Below, piece by piece: positions 9,017 through 19,723 of a DNA stretch of 44,308 nt. Both the position numbers and the translations under genes were made by a program. Numbering within the stretch: the first letter of the stretch is position 1; each line of letters opens with the position of its first letter. This DNA is from an uncultured Fibrobacteraceae bacterium. GTDB taxonomy: Bacteria; Krumholzibacteriota; Krumholzibacteriia; LZORAL124-64-63. Location: assembly GCA_964562635.1 (NCBI GenBank), contig CAZLUL010000001.1, forward strand, positions 1 through 44,308. The letters run 5' to 3'. The notes under the pieces are model-generated. The model did not search any database. It was not told the DNA's origin and worked only from the letters and a program-made list of their open reading frames with translations.

Positions 9017-11889
9017 CCGTGGGCCTCCGCCCAGTTCGCGCCCGAATGCATGTCCACCAGCAGCGGCACTTTCAACTCCATGGCCCCCTCCATGCCCACC
9101 CGCACCAGTTCTTTGGTCTCTGCCAACTCGGCCTCAGGCACCTCAAGCACCAGCTCATCATGCACCTGCAGCAGCAGCAGGGCGCCCGATCCCGTATTGG
9201 CCAACGCCCCGCTGATGCGCAACATCGCCAGTTTGATCAGGTCGGCAGCCGTGCCCTGGATGGGCGTATTGACCGCCACCCGCTCCTGAAAACTGCGGGT
9301 CCTGTTGTTGGGCGAATCAATCTCCGGCAACAGGCGGCGGCGCCCCGACAGGGTTTCCACATAGCCATCGCGGTGGGCCTGCGCGTGGGTGTTTTCGATG
9401 AAGGTCTTGACGCCGGGATAGGTCTCGAAATAGGTCTCGATGAAGGCCGAAGCCTCTTTCACCTTCACCCCGATCTGCCGCGCCAGGGCCCGAGCGCCCA
9501 TGCCGTAGATCACGCCAAAGTTGATGGCCTTGGCCCGCGAGCGCATGTCCGCGTCGACGGCGTCCTCGGCCACACCCGCGATCAGTGCCGCAGTGCGCCG
9601 ATGCACATCCGCCCCTTCCCGGAAAGCCGCCAGCAGGCCAGGGTCGTCCGCCAGATGGGCCAACAACCGCAGCTCGACCTGGGAATAGTCCGCCGACAGG
9701 AAGACGTTGTCCTCATGGCGGGGCACAAACGCGCGGCGGATCTCGCGGCCGAGCGCCGTGCGGATCGGAATGTTCTGCAGATTGGGATCGGAACTGGACA
9801 GCCTGCCGGTGGCCGCCACAGCCTGATTGTAAGAAGTGTGGATCAGGCCCGTCTCCGGATGCACGAGCTCCGGCAAGGTTTCCACGTAGGTGTTTTGCAG
9901 CTTGGCCACCTGGCGGTATTCCAGAATCAGCGCCGGCAATTCGTGCTCGTCTGCGAGATTCGTCAGCACCGAGACGTCCGTGCTCCAGCCGGTGCTGGTT
10001 TTCTTGGTCGGCTTCAGCCCCATCTTCTCGAACAGGATCACCTGCAGTTGTTTCGGGCTGTTTATGTTGAAGTCTTCCCCGGCCGCAGCGATGATGCGTT
10101 CCCGCAGGTCCTTCATCTCCCGATCAAAACGTTCGCGCAATTCGCCCAGGAATTCCCGGTTCAGCCCGATGCCGTTGCGTTCCATCTGCAGCAGCACCGC
10201 CGCGACCGGCATTTCGATGTCGGTGAACAGTTTTTTCAGCCCTGCCTTGCGCAATAGGGCGCCCAGGATTTCGTGCAGGCGCAGGGTGTAGTCGGCATCC
10301 TCGGCGGCATACAGCGCCAGCCGATCGGCATCCACCGCCAGGATGTCTTTTTTTCGGTCACCTTTGGCGAACAAATCGCTGAACGGCATCATCTGGTGAT
10401 CCAGGAACTCGCCCACCAGATGATCCAGGCCATGGCTGGTGCGGCCCGGATCCAGGATGTACGAAGCCAGCATGGTGTCGAAACGGGGACCGCCGAGGTC
10501 CAGGCCGTGCCGCCCCAGAATCCACTCGTCGAACTTGAGGTTCTGCCCCACCTTCAGGGCCTCGCCGGCCAGGACGGGCGCGAGCACGGCCTGCACCTGC
10601 GCCAGTCGGCTGTGTTCCTGTCCGATGGGAAACAGCGTGCCACCGGCCGCTCCTTCGGGGTCCGGATCGCGCCACAACACCGGCACATAGGCTGGGGCCA
10701 CCGGCTCACCGCTGCGGTCGCGACCGGCAAGGCAAACGCCCACGAGGCGGCAACGGTCCTGCCGCAAACCATCGGTTTCCGTATCGACACCCAGGGGCGC
10801 GGCCGGGTCCAGATTAGCCAGCCAGTCGCGCAGGGTTTCGTCACTGTCGAGCACAACGTACCCGCGGTCGGCCCGAGCCTTCGCCCAGTCCACAGCGGGC
10901 GGAGCCTCCACCGGAGCGGCCTTTTTCTTCACCTTTTTGGCCGGCTCAGCGGTCTTGGTTGCTGCTTCGGCCACAGGCTGGGCCGTGCCATTTTCGCCGC
11001 GCGCCTTGGCCAGTTTTTCCACCAAGCCGATCACACGCCGGAGGCCAAGCTCCTGCAACAGCCCCGTGACTTCGGCTCCGGTCGGCAGGGTGGTCACCAT
11101 GGACTCCCAGTCCAGCTCGACCTCCACGTCGTCCTTGATGACAAACAGATCCCGGGAGAGAAAAACCTGGTCCTTGTTTTCACCCAGCACCCGTTTCAGG
11201 CGGGGCGTCAGCTTGCTCTGCTCCAGCTTCTCATACAGGCCTTCGAGGTTGCCAAATTCGAGCACCAGCTTGCGGGCGGTCTTGTCCCCCACGCCCGGAG
11301 CGCCGGGAATATTGTCGGACGCGTCGCCGGCCAGGGCAAAGACCTGAATCAGGTCCGTCGGCTCCATCTTGTATTCGCGCCGCACGTCTTGGTCGGTGAA
11401 AGCAGCCACGTCTTCGCCCTTGCGCCCCGGCTTCAACATCCCCGCGCGCTCGTCCAGCAACTGCATGAAATCCTTGTCGCCGGTGTAGAACCAGACCTTG
11501 TCCACCACACCGGCCGAACGTTTGGCCATGGTGGCCATCAGGTCGTCCGCTTCGTAATAGTCCTTCTCCACCACGGCGATGCCCCAGGCGTTCAGCAATT
11601 CACGCAAGCGTGGCAGTTGTGCGGCCAACTCTTCGGGCATGGGCTTGCGATTGGCCTTGTACTTGGGGTACATGTCGTGCCGAAAGACCTTGCCCTTCTT
11701 GTCGAACACCACCGCGATCTTCTCAGGGTCATAAGCCTCGATCAAGCGTAGGATCGAATTGAAGAAGCCGAAGGCCACGCTGGTGGTCTCGCCACTGGGT
11801 GAGGTCAGCGGCCGGCTGGCAAAAGCGTAGTGGGAACGATAAAAAAGGGCAGCGCCATCAATCAGGATCAGGGACACGGGTCTCACCAT
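9013..11889 (-). CDS. polA: DNA polymerase I (5' nuclease, 3'-5' exonuclease and polymerase domains)
   Basis: 958 aa. The 5'-nuclease N-terminus reads LILIDGAALFYRSHYAF. Exo I motif is GVDTETDGL. Polymerase motifs are DYSQVELRLLAHL, RSRAKAINFGVIYGM and QVHDELVLEV. An Ala/Lys/Pro-rich linker lies after the 5' nuclease domain. Confidence 0.95.
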   Translation of the reverse strand: MVRPVSLILIDGAALFYRSHYAFASRPLTSPSGETTSVAFGFFNSILRLIEAYDPEKIAVVFDKKGKVFRHDMYPKYKANRKPMPEELAAQLPRLRELLNAWGIAVVEKDYYEADDLMATMAKRSAGVVDKVWFYTGDKDFMQLLDERAGMLKPGRKGEDVAAFTDQDVRREYKMEPTDLIQVFALAGDASDNIPGAPGVGDKTARKLVLEFGNLEGLYEKLEQSKLTPRLKRVLGENKDQVFLSRDLFVIKDDVEVELDWESMVTTLPTGAEVTGLLQELGLRRVIGLVEKLAKARGENGTAQPVAEAATKTAEPAKKVKKKAAPVEAPPAVDWAKARADRGYVVLDSDETLRDWLANLDPAAPLGVDTETDGLRQDRCRLVGVCLAGRDRSGEPVAPAYVPVLWRDPDPEGAAGGTLFPIGQEHSRLAQVQAVLAPVLAGEALKVGQNLKFDEWILGRHGLDLGGPRFDTMLASYILDPGRTSHGLDHLVGEFLDHQMMPFSDLFAKGDRKKDILAVDADRLALYAAEDADYTLRLHEILGALLRKAGLKKLFTDIEMPVAAVLLQMERNGIGLNREFLGELRERFDREMKDLRERIIAAAGEDFNINSPKQLQVILFEKMGLKPTKKTSTGWSTDVSVLTNLADEHELPALILEYRQVAKLQNTYVETLPELVHPETGLIHTSYNQAVAATGRLSSSDPNLQNIPIRTALGREIRRAFVPRHEDNVFLSADYSQVELRLLAHLADDPGLLAAFREGADVHRRTAALIAGVAEDAVDADMRSRAKAINFGVIYGMGARALARQIGVKVKEASAFIETYFETYPGVKTFIENTHAQAHRDGYVETLSGRRRLLPEIDSPNNRTRSFQERVAVNTPIQGTAADLIKLAMLRISGALANTGSGALLLLQVHDELVLEVPEAELAETKELVRVGMEGAMELKVPLLVDMHSGANWAEAHG

Positions 11890-12520
11890 TCTGGTCAGGG
11901 AAATAGAGTTTGTGGGTCACGATGTAGCGGGCCACCGCCGCGGGGATTCCCCCGGCCACCAGTTGCTTAGCCGATGCCGGGCCAGCCCTCAACATAGCAC
12001 GGACCGCGGTCGACGACACCGGTTGGTCAAAATCCGGCTCAGGCAGAACCCGCTGGGCCAGCAGGCCCTTTGACTTCACTACCGCCGGTGACAATTCGTG
12101 GCCGTCCCGGCCCAGCACCACGATTTTGGCCAGCCTTTGCAAGGCTTCAGGTTGATGCCAACGGTCGAAACTGGCCAGATTGTCCGCCCCGATCACCAGC
12201 AGCCAGTCATCGCAGGCCCAATCATCGCCGGCATAGACATCCTGCAGAGCCCGCATGGTATCGACCGTGTAGCAGCTTTCACCGCGGTCGATTTCCCAGG
12301 TATCGATTTGCAGGTCGGGGGAATCGGGAAAGGCCAGACGCACCATCGCCAGGCGATGGGCAACCGAGGCTGCAGCCTGGTTTTTGTGGGGAGACAGCCA
12401 AGCGGGCACCACATGCACCATATCGGCCAGGCCTTTGCTCAGGACGTGGCGAGCCATGGCCACATGACCTTCATGCACAGGATCGAATGAGCCCCCGAGA
12501 AACGCCCGGATCATCGTCAT
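11858..12520 (-). CDS. nadD: Nicotinate-nucleotide adenylyltransferase
   Basis: 220 aa with N-terminal GGSFDPVHEGH nucleotidyltransferase motif and a C-terminal ISSTAVR-like VSSTAVRAML. Its 3' end overlaps the polA start by 32 nt in a different frame. Confidence 0.86.
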   Translation of the reverse strand: MTMIRAFLGGSFDPVHEGHVAMARHVLSKGLADMVHVVPAWLSPHKNQAAASVAHRLAMVRLAFPDSPDLQIDTWEIDRGESCYTVDTMRALQDVYAGDDWACDDWLLVIGADNLASFDRWHQPEALQRLAKIVVLGRDGHELSPAVVKSKGLLAQRVLPEPDFDQPVSSTAVRAMLRAGPASAKQLVAGGIPAAVARYIVTHKLYFPDQNGETRVPDPD

Positions 12521-12551
12521 CCTCCCGGTCTGGGCTCGACCTCTTCAGGTC

Positions 12552-13370
12552 TCAATAGTCTTGCTCGTCCTCAAAGTCGGCTTCTTCCTCATCCAAATCG
12601 CGCAAGGCGGACGCCGCGCTATCATGATATTCGTTCTCGTCACCGAGACTGATCAGTCTTTCATACATGTCGGCCGCCGTGTCCGGATCGTCCAACCGCT
12701 CGGCCACCTGGGCCCGCCGCCACATCACTTCCGGGATCAGTGAACTGCCCGCTTCATCGATCATCACATCGTCCAGCACGATCGCAATGGCCGAGTAGCG
12801 TCTGAGCTGGCCGTAGATCTTAACCTGCTCGAGGCGTTTGCGAACCATCAGGTCGCTGATTTCCTGCATGTAGGCCACAACTTCAGGCATGTACGTGCTG
12901 CCTGGATATGTCTGGCTGAACGTCAGGAAATGCATCCGCGCTTCATAGGCGCCGGTCAGATCGCGCTCCACCCGTCCGACCTGCAACAGGTAAGCCTTGC
13001 CTTCTTCGAAGAGGGCGTCTTCGACAAAGGGACTGGTCGGATAATCCTTGCGCATGATCTGGAATTCCACCGAGGCCAGCGGATACTCCTGCATTTCCAT
13101 GTAGGTCATGGCCTTGCGGTACTGGGCTTCGGCGGCCAGGCTGTCCAGCGGACTGTGGCGCACGAAGCTTTCGAAGGCGCCGATGGCCTGCAGATCCTTA
13201 CCCTGTTCGGCGAAGAAGACGCCCCGCTCGTAGGAGCCGGCCGGATGAGGGTTTTTGGCGGCACAACCAGCGCTCAATACGCCGGCAGCCAACAACAGGG
13301 CCAGCAGCGCTGCGCTCAGCAGGCGCCGGTAGGCAGAAACGGTGACAGACAATCCACTGCGATCGCTCAC
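12552..13370 (-). CDS. bamD: Outer membrane protein assembly factor BamD-like TPR lipoprotein
   Basis: Lipobox LSAGC follows a hydrophobic signal. The body is TPR-like helical repeats with the BamD/YfiO pattern (FLTFSQTYPGSTYMPEVVAYMQ), and the C-terminal tail is acidic. ORF-track start 13397 is a TTG. I prefer GTG 13370 because GGAGGA lies 4 nt upstream, but either start is possible. Confidence 0.68.
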   Translation of the reverse strand: MSDRSGLSVTVSAYRRLLSAALLALLLAAGVLSAGCAAKNPHPAGSYERGVFFAEQGKDLQAIGAFESFVRHSPLDSLAAEAQYRKAMTYMEMQEYPLASVEFQIMRKDYPTSPFVEDALFEEGKAYLLQVGRVERDLTGAYEARMHFLTFSQTYPGSTYMPEVVAYMQEISDLMVRKRLEQVKIYGQLRRYSAIAIVLDDVMIDEAGSSLIPEVMWRRAQVAERLDDPDTAADMYERLISLGDENEYHDSAASALRDLDEEEADFEDEQDY

Positions 13371-13420
13371 GTAATCCTCCAGGGGCCGGTTGCGCAACCC
13401 GCCCGAGACAAATTTGCAGG

Positions 13421-14122
13421 TCAGTCGCCGGTGTTGGCGAAGTAGATGGCCACCAGACCGGCCAGGGTGCCCAGCACCACGATTTCTTCCATGCGACTTT
13501 TCCAGCCGGACTCTGAGGTTTCGGCTGTCGTGAATTCGTATTCGTCCGTATCAACGTCGGCGAAGTTGTCGCTGTCAAACCGGTCACCGAACTTGCGCTC
13601 GATCCGGTCACTGAGCAGCAGGCGCCCCGAAGATTCTTCGGAAATTTCCACCAAAACCGAAACCGCCATTTCGCGGGCCACCCAACGGCGCCAAATGCCC
13701 AGCGTACGCCCCACGTCCGGATAGGACAGTTTGATGCTTTGCACGCTATAACCAAAAACGTAGTCCACGGCGCCCTGCCGGGTCGAGTCTTCTTCGGCCA
13801 CAAACAATTCGTAACCCTTGCTCGCCAAAACCTCAGCCGCCACGGCCTGAAAGATGTCATTGCGGGCGTCATCACGCAGGGCAGTCAAGCGCACCGCAGC
13901 CGGCGCCGCGGGCATCACTGTTGCCGCGGCATGCACGACTTCGGCCATCAACGCTTCGGTCAGCCAGAGGTTTGTCCGCACGGTATCACTGTCGGTCGAG
14001 GCCGGCAGGCCAGAGGTCGGTTCGGCTTGCGCGCCGGGTGTTTGGCCCACCACGCCCAATGCCGATACGCCCAGCACCAACATCACCCATGTGAGCAGAG
14101 AACCTTGTTTCACCCGCGGCAT
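13421..14122 (-). CDS. Hypothetical exported protein with signal peptide and C-terminal transmembrane anchor
   Basis: ORF 13421..14233 trimmed to ATG 14122 (MPRVKQGSLLTWVMLVLGVSALGVVGQTPGAQA-EP, a signal-peptide-like N-terminus). This removes the overlap with rimO. The C-terminal hydrophobic helix is IVVLGTLAGLVAIYFA. I recognise no family motif. Confidence 0.6.
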   Translation of the reverse strand: MPRVKQGSLLTWVMLVLGVSALGVVGQTPGAQAEPTSGLPASTDSDTVRTNLWLTEALMAEVVHAAATVMPAAPAAVRLTALRDDARNDIFQAVAAEVLASKGYELFVAEEDSTRQGAVDYVFGYSVQSIKLSYPDVGRTLGIWRRWVAREMAVSVLVEISEESSGRLLLSDRIERKFGDRFDSDNFADVDTDEYEFTTAETSESGWKSRMEEIVVLGTLAGLVAIYFANTGD

Positions 14123-14189
14123 GTTCGCCCTTCCTGAAAATCGTTCCAAGTCTGTATACCTTTTCCTGCTGCGGCCGGGCCGATTTTGC

Positions 14190-15707
14190 TCAACCGTCAG
14201 AGGTTTGTTTGACCGGCGTAGCCCAAACATCATAAGCCGTCACGGCACGGAACTCCGCTGGCAGCCATTGTCCAGGTCGCAGGCGTTCGCCCTGCCCCAC
14301 CTCGCCAAGTGGCAAAACCACCATGCCGTCCAGGTCATAACCGAAATGATAGCTCCGGCCGACGGCAAACGAAACTCCAGATTGCACTACACCAGCCAAA
14401 GCTTCGCGTTCCCCCTCATCCAGCCAGGTGGCTTCCAACAACGAGTCGAGCACCTCGGCCAGACCATAGGTGTCATCGGGGCCCGGTTGCACAATGCTGT
14501 CGATGACCACGTCATAAACCTGGCCCAATCGAGTTTCCTGGCGGCGCAGACTGATGTCCGTCTGCAGGTCCATGATCAGGGCCGAGCGGTCCAGGACCAC
14601 TTCGGTGGGCACCTGATCGGGCATCGTCGCCGAGGGCGTGCCGATTTCCGGCGAATAGTGGTGTGCGCCCAGGTGATCAAACTCGACCGCGGCCAGGAAA
14701 TCCGCCAGCTCCGAAACATCCTCGTCCTCTTCGCCCGGGAAGCCGAGCAAGGCGGTGGATCGCAGAACCAGATCCGGACGACCTTCGCGCAGGGCCTGGA
14801 AGAAGCCCGGCGAAGACTTATCGCCGCCGGGCCGTTTCATGGCCTTCAAAATACGTCGCGAAGCGTGCTGGATCGGCAAGTCGAGATAAGGCGCCACTTT
14901 TTCAAGATCCAGCAGGCGCCGCAAGTCATCCACCGAGACCATGCCCGAGTACAGATAGAGCAGGCGGATGCTGCGCAGTCCAGCCACATCGTTGAGGCTG
15001 CTGACCAGGTCGTAGAGCTTCTCGCCCGTGTCCCGGCCATAGTCGCTGGTATTCTGGGAAACCAATTGGATCTCCGTGACGCCTCGCGCCACCAGGCCTT
15101 CGACCTCCTGCACCAACTCGGCCGTGGGCCGGCTGTTCTGTTTGCCGCGGATCATCGGAATGCGGCAGAAGGTGCAGGCACAGTTGCAGCCCTCGGCAAT
15201 CTTGACGAACGCCACGTGGGGCGGCGTCAGCAGCGGCCGGTCCAGCATGCCGGTGTAGTGCACCGCCATGGGGTCATCAATGAGGGGCTCGCTGGGGAAA
15301 TTTCTGACCGGCGCGCCTGCCATCTCGAAAGGATTGGCCGGTGCCGGAGTATCGGGTTCGGCCGGCGCCGCGCCCTCACAGGCGGCCACCACCTGGTCGA
15401 ACTGTCCCACGCCCGCGACAATATCAACTTCCGGGAAACGTTCCTGGATCATCGTGCCGTGTTCCTGCGACCAACAACCGCAAACCACCAGGATGCGGTC
15501 TTCCTTCGCCTCGCACAATTCGCGCAAGGCGGTTTCGCTGTCGGTGCGCGCCGCGTCAATGAAGCCGCAACTGTTCAAGACCCAGATATCGGCCACATCC
15601 GGATCGTCCACCGGTTGCACGCCTTTGACGGCGAACCGCCCGAGCAGGGCCTCGGAGTCGACCAGATTCTTGTCGCACCCCAGGGTGGCACAAAACACCT
15701 TCTTCAT
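14190..15707 (-). CDS. rimO: Ribosomal protein S12 methylthiotransferase RimO (radical SAM, MiaB family)
   Basis: N-terminal MTTase domain [19 protein letters not shown], a radical-SAM cysteine triad in AEGCNCACTFC, and a C-terminal TRAM-like region. A Pro/Ala-rich insertion lies between the N-domain and the radical-SAM core. Its ATG overlaps the ftsK stop by 1 nt. Confidence 0.88.
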   Translation of the reverse strand: MKKVFCATLGCDKNLVDSEALLGRFAVKGVQPVDDPDVADIWVLNSCGFIDAARTDSETALRELCEAKEDRILVVCGCWSQEHGTMIQERFPEVDIVAGVGQFDQVVAACEGAAPAEPDTPAPANPFEMAGAPVRNFPSEPLIDDPMAVHYTGMLDRPLLTPPHVAFVKIAEGCNCACTFCRIPMIRGKQNSRPTAELVQEVEGLVARGVTEIQLVSQNTSDYGRDTGEKLYDLVSSLNDVAGLRSIRLLYLYSGMVSVDDLRRLLDLEKVAPYLDLPIQHASRRILKAMKRPGGDKSSPGFFQALREGRPDLVLRSTALLGFPGEEDEDVSELADFLAAVEFDHLGAHHYSPEIGTPSATMPDQVPTEVVLDRSALIMDLQTDISLRRQETRLGQVYDVVIDSIVQPGPDDTYGLAEVLDSLLEATWLDEGEREALAGVVQSGVSFAVGRSYHFGYDLDGMVVLPLGEVGQGERLRPGQWLPAEFRAVTAYDVWATPVKQTSDG

Positions 15708-18142
15708 CAGGCTTGTCCCTCATTCATTTCAGGCAGGTCCTCGGGTTTGATCAGAACATCGCGCGCCTTGGAACCGGAAAATGGCCCCACAATGCCCGCT
15801 TCTTCGAGCATGTCCATCAGGCGACCAGCTCGGGTGTAACCAATGCGCAGTCGGCGCTGCAGCAGACTCGTCGACCCACTCTGGTGCATGACCACCACTT
15901 CGCGCGCGGCCTCGTACATGTCGTCCTCACCGGTGACCATGCCCCCACCGGCGGGATTCTCCTGCAGGCTGATCTCATCGGTATGGTCCTTGTACTGTTG
16001 CCAGTGGGCTGAAACCGCTTCGCACTCATCCACGTCAATGAATGAGCCGTGCACCCGGACCGGCAAGGCCCGTCCCGGCTGCAAGTAGAGCATATCACCG
16101 TGCCCCAGCAACTGCTCGGCACCGTTCATGTCCAGCACCGTGCGCGAGTCGTTGCGCTGGATCACCCGGAAGGCGATCCGGCAGGGGATGTTCGCCTTGA
16201 TCACACCGGTGAGCACGTCAACACTCGGGCGCTGGGTGGCCAGGATCAGGTGGATACCTACGGCGCGGGCTTTCTGGGCAATGCGCGCGATGGGACCTTC
16301 AAAATCGTTGCCCAACTGCATCATCAGATCAGCCAACTCGTCAACGACGCACAGGAAATACGGCATCGGCTCGGTCACCTTTTCACCGTCTTTGCCGGTG
16401 ATCAAGCCCGCCTTGACCTTGTCGTTGTACTGCTTGATGTTGCGCACCGACCACTGGGCCAGATTGCGGTAGCGGTGCTCCATCTGGGCCACCAGCCACT
16501 GCATGGCCTTCAAGGCCTCGCGCGGGTCGGTCACCACGGGCAACAACAGATGCGGGATGCCGTTGTAGACATTCATCTCCAGCATCTTCGGGTCGATCAA
16601 CAGCAGGCGCAGGGTCGAAGGATCGTTACGCATGATCAGGTTGCAGATGATGGCGTTCAGGCAAACCGACTTGCCACTGCCCGTCGAACCGGCCACCAGC
16701 AGGTGAGGCAATGACGCGATATCCACGGTGACCGTACGCCCCACCACATCCTTGCCCAGGACGACCGACAGGGGTTCGCGCTGTTCAGGTCCCGTGGCCT
16801 CGATGACTTCCCGCAAGCGCACCATGCGCGCCGTCGGATTGGGAATCTCGATACCCACGGCAGCCTTGCCGGGAATCGGTGCTTCCATGCGGATGGCGCG
16901 GGCCCGCATCGCCAGGGCCAAATCGTCGGACCGCTGCACGATCTGATTGACCCGGATACCGGGACCCGGCTGGTATTCGTAGGTCGTCACCACCGGGCCG
17001 GGTCTGACATCCTTGACTTCGCCCTCCACGCCAAAACTGCGCAGGGTTGATTCGAGAGTATCGGCCGCCGCATCCAATTCCACTTCGGAGATCTGTTGGG
17101 TTTCCGGACCCGCCGGGGTCAGCAATTCCAGGCCCGGCAAGATGATGGGGCCCTTCTTCTTTTTGGGCTTGAGCTTTGGCTTGGGTCGCAGATGGCCATC
17201 GGTTTGCACCGCGCCCCCATCGCCGACAAATTCGCCAGCGGCGCCGGGCAGAGCCAACTCTTCGGGCAACTCTTTGGGCAAATCGGCTGCCCGATTCACC
17301 GGCTCCGGTTGCCCCTGCGGTTCAGGCACCGGCAGGTTGTGCACAACGCGCTCGCGGGGCGGCAAATCTTCCTCAGCAACGGCATCTGCGGCCGGAGCTG
17401 TTGGTCCAGGATCCAGCGCAGCGGCGGCGGTCTTTTCTGCACGTTGCGCTGAACGCTCTTCGGCTTTGTGCGCCGCCTTCTCGCGCAAACCACCCACCAG
17501 ATCGGCCATCGCCAGGAACGGCCAGGTCACCACGTCGCGCACACCGGCGCCCAGCCAGCCCAGGACTCCCAGAACTCGGCTCATGAAAGCCGGCAGCCAA
17601 TGCAGCCAGGGTTTGAAGACCAGAATGGTCGCGACCAACAGGAAGAAAGTCAGAATGATGCGGCCGCCCACCAGACCAAACAGTCCGTGGAAGCCCTGGG
17701 CCAGATAGAAACCCACCAAGCCACCCAACCGGGCGGCACCATCGGCACTGGCTGGACCACCGGGCTGACCAATCCAGGTCACCGTGACCAACCACAGCGG
17801 AATCGCGCGCAGCAGCCAGGGCCGCAACGTCGCCTGCTTGCCGGAAAGGAATCCGAACCCCAGCACTGCCAACAGCAAAGGAAATGTCCAGCACCACATG
17901 CCGCCAAAAACGACATGCAGCCCCACATTGATCACCGATCCGACCGGACCGCCCGGGTTATCGCTGGTGATCAGTTCAGGTGAAGATTCGCCGGAGAGCA
18001 CGTGCCACCACGGACCCACCGGTCCGGTCAGCGACAGCCCCATGTACAGGGCAAACGTCAGCAACAACAATCCACTCAACCAGGACGATTCGTACCACGC
18101 CTTGGTCTTCTTCTTAGCCCTCTTCCGATTTTGCCCTGACAC
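15707..18142 (-). CDS. ftsK: DNA translocase FtsK
   Basis: 811 aa with N-terminal TM helices, a Pro/Ala-rich linker, a motor domain with Walker [10 protein letters not shown], and a gamma domain [23 protein letters not shown]. The start is GTG with GGAGGG 5 nt upstream, nested 29 nt inside the accC 3' end. Confidence 0.93.
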   Translation of the reverse strand: MSGQNRKRAKKKTKAWYESSWLSGLLLLTFALYMGLSLTGPVGPWWHVLSGESSPELITSDNPGGPVGSVINVGLHVVFGGMWCWTFPLLLAVLGFGFLSGKQATLRPWLLRAIPLWLVTVTWIGQPGGPASADGAARLGGLVGFYLAQGFHGLFGLVGGRIILTFFLLVATILVFKPWLHWLPAFMSRVLGVLGWLGAGVRDVVTWPFLAMADLVGGLREKAAHKAEERSAQRAEKTAAAALDPGPTAPAADAVAEEDLPPRERVVHNLPVPEPQGQPEPVNRAADLPKELPEELALPGAAGEFVGDGGAVQTDGHLRPKPKLKPKKKKGPIILPGLELLTPAGPETQQISEVELDAAADTLESTLRSFGVEGEVKDVRPGPVVTTYEYQPGPGIRVNQIVQRSDDLALAMRARAIRMEAPIPGKAAVGIEIPNPTARMVRLREVIEATGPEQREPLSVVLGKDVVGRTVTVDIASLPHLLVAGSTGSGKSVCLNAIICNLIMRNDPSTLRLLLIDPKMLEMNVYNGIPHLLLPVVTDPREALKAMQWLVAQMEHRYRNLAQWSVRNIKQYNDKVKAGLITGKDGEKVTEPMPYFLCVVDELADLMMQLGNDFEGPIARIAQKARAVGIHLILATQRPSVDVLTGVIKANIPCRIAFRVIQRNDSRTVLDMNGAEQLLGHGDMLYLQPGRALPVRVHGSFIDVDECEAVSAHWQQYKDHTDEISLQENPAGGGMVTGEDDMYEAAREVVVMHQSGSTSLLQRRLRIGYTRAGRLMDMLEEAGIVGPFSGSKARDVLIKPEDLPEMNEGQA

Positions 18143-19496
18143 GTAAGCCCTCCTGCAGATGGGACAATTCCTCTTCCAGGAAACGTGTCGTGGCTTTTCC
18201 CTCCAGGAAAACCGGATTTTTCAGCACTTCCAGGTGGAACGGCGTGCTGGTGGGCAACCCTTCGAATACACATTCGTCCAGGGCCCGACGCATCCTTGCG
18301 ACAGCTTCCTCACGATCCTTGCCATGAGTGATAATCTTGGCCAGAAGACTATCGTAGTGGGGCGGCACCATGTAATCCGAATACACGTGGGTGTCGACCC
18401 TGACCCCCGGTCCACCGGGGGCGTGATAATAGAAGACGCGGCCCGGACAAGGCATGAAATCCCGCTCCGGGTTTTCCGCATTGATGCGGCATTCGATGGC
18501 ATGCCCGGTGACCTTGATGTCATCCTGGGTGAAATCGAATTTCTCGCCCGCCGCCACCCGCAGCATCCATTTCATCAGGTCCACACCAGTGACCATTTCG
18601 GTAACCGGGTGCTCGACCTGGATGCGGGTATTCATCTCCATGAAGTAGAAGCTGCCATCGACGTCCAGCAGGAATTCCACCGTGCCGGCGCTGGTGTAGC
18701 CCACGCGCTTGGCCAGGCGCACCGCGGCCTCGCCCATTTTCTCGCGCAGTTCCGGCGTCACCGCCGGCGAAGGCGCCTCTTCGATCAGTTTCTGATGGCG
18801 GCGCTGCACCGAGCAGTCGCGCTCGCCGAAGTGGATCACGTTGCCATGGCTGTCGCCCATCAACTGGACTTCCACATGGCGCGGGTTCACCAGATACTTC
18901 TCGAGGTACACCCTATCGTTGCCAAAGGCCGCCCCGGCCTCGGTCCGCGCAGCGACGTAATTTTTGCGCAATTCTTCTTCGTCCCAGGCCACCCGCATGC
19001 CCTTGCCGCCGCCACCGGCGGTGGCCTTGACGATGACCGGATAACCAAACTGGTCGGCGGCCATGACCGCTTCATCGACCAGATCCACCAAGCCGGTGCC
19101 TGGCACGATGGGCACCTTGGCTTCGGTCGCCATAGTGCGGGCGGTGGCTTTGTCGCCCATCTGCCGGATCACATCTGCCGAGGGGCCGATCCATGTGAAA
19201 TTGTTCTCTTCGCAGATTTCGGCAAACTCCGCATTTTCGGCCAGGAAACCATAGCCCGGATGAATCGCCTCAGCACCAGTGATCTCGGCCGCCGCGATGA
19301 TATTCGGCACCCGCAGATAACTTTCGGCACTGGTCTTCTTGCCCACGCAGACCGATTCGTCGGCATATTTCACGTGCAGGGAATCGGCGTCCGCCGTCGA
19401 ATGGATGGCGACACTCTCGATCCCCAATTCGCGGCAGGCCCGCATGATGCGCAGGGCGATTTCGCCCCGATTTGCAATGAGAATCTTCTTGAACAT
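18114..19496 (-). CDS. accC: Acetyl-CoA carboxylase, biotin carboxylase subunit
   Basis: 460 aa with [29 protein letters not shown]-grasp GGGGKGMR and [14 protein letters not shown]. Confidence 0.95.
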   Translation of the reverse strand: MFKKILIANRGEIALRIMRACRELGIESVAIHSTADADSLHVKYADESVCVGKKTSAESYLRVPNIIAAAEITGAEAIHPGYGFLAENAEFAEICEENNFTWIGPSADVIRQMGDKATARTMATEAKVPIVPGTGLVDLVDEAVMAADQFGYPVIVKATAGGGGKGMRVAWDEEELRKNYVAARTEAGAAFGNDRVYLEKYLVNPRHVEVQLMGDSHGNVIHFGERDCSVQRRHQKLIEEAPSPAVTPELREKMGEAAVRLAKRVGYTSAGTVEFLLDVDGSFYFMEMNTRIQVEHPVTEMVTGVDLMKWMLRVAAGEKFDFTQDDIKVTGHAIECRINAENPERDFMPCPGRVFYYHAPGGPGVRVDTHVYSDYMVPPHYDSLLAKIITHGKDREEAVARMRRALDECVFEGLPTSTPFHLEVLKNPVFLEGKATTRFLEEELSHLQEGLRVRAKSEEG

Positions 19497-19523
19497 GCGC
19501 GACTTTCTGAAGCGGGACCCAAA

Positions 19524-19544
19524 GGTTTCAAGTTTTCTGAAACC
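19524..19544 (-). promoter_or_regulatory. Hairpin in the accC leader (GGTTTCA-N7-TGAAACC)
   Basis: Perfect 7-bp inverted repeat 28-48 nt upstream of the accC ATG. It overlaps one copy of the repeated CTTGAAAYCTTTG motif. Function unknown. Confidence 0.25.
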
Positions 19545-19669
19545 AAGATAGCACCTGGCAGGCAGACGCCAACGCCCGGGCCTTTGACCCAGGTTGGCGC
19601 TGCAAAGATTTCAAGGGCCTTATTTTGGCTTTTGGGAAGCGATCTGGCAAGAGAAAGGTTGTCCGGAGG

Positions 19670-19700
19670 GCATGAAAACGGCCCTCCGAAAAGGGCCGTT
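19670..19700 (-). terminator. Intrinsic terminator downstream of pilT
   Basis: The minus strand reads AACGGCCCT-TTTCGG-AGGGCCGTT-TTCATG, a 9-bp GC-rich stem whose 3' arm runs into a U-stretch. It lies 24 nt after the pilT stop. Confidence 0.7.
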
Positions 19701-19723
19701 CTCCAGTATTGGCGGGCCAAACG

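Noticed and set aside
19370-19720. 116-aa minus-strand ORF filling the pilT-accC spacer, and the 81-aa ORF 1874-2119 filling the mcsB-clpC spacer.
   Set aside because: Both run out of frame into the downstream gene start. Both have Pro/Arg/Gly/Ser-rich composition and lack an SD. The spacers are better explained by terminator and leader structures.
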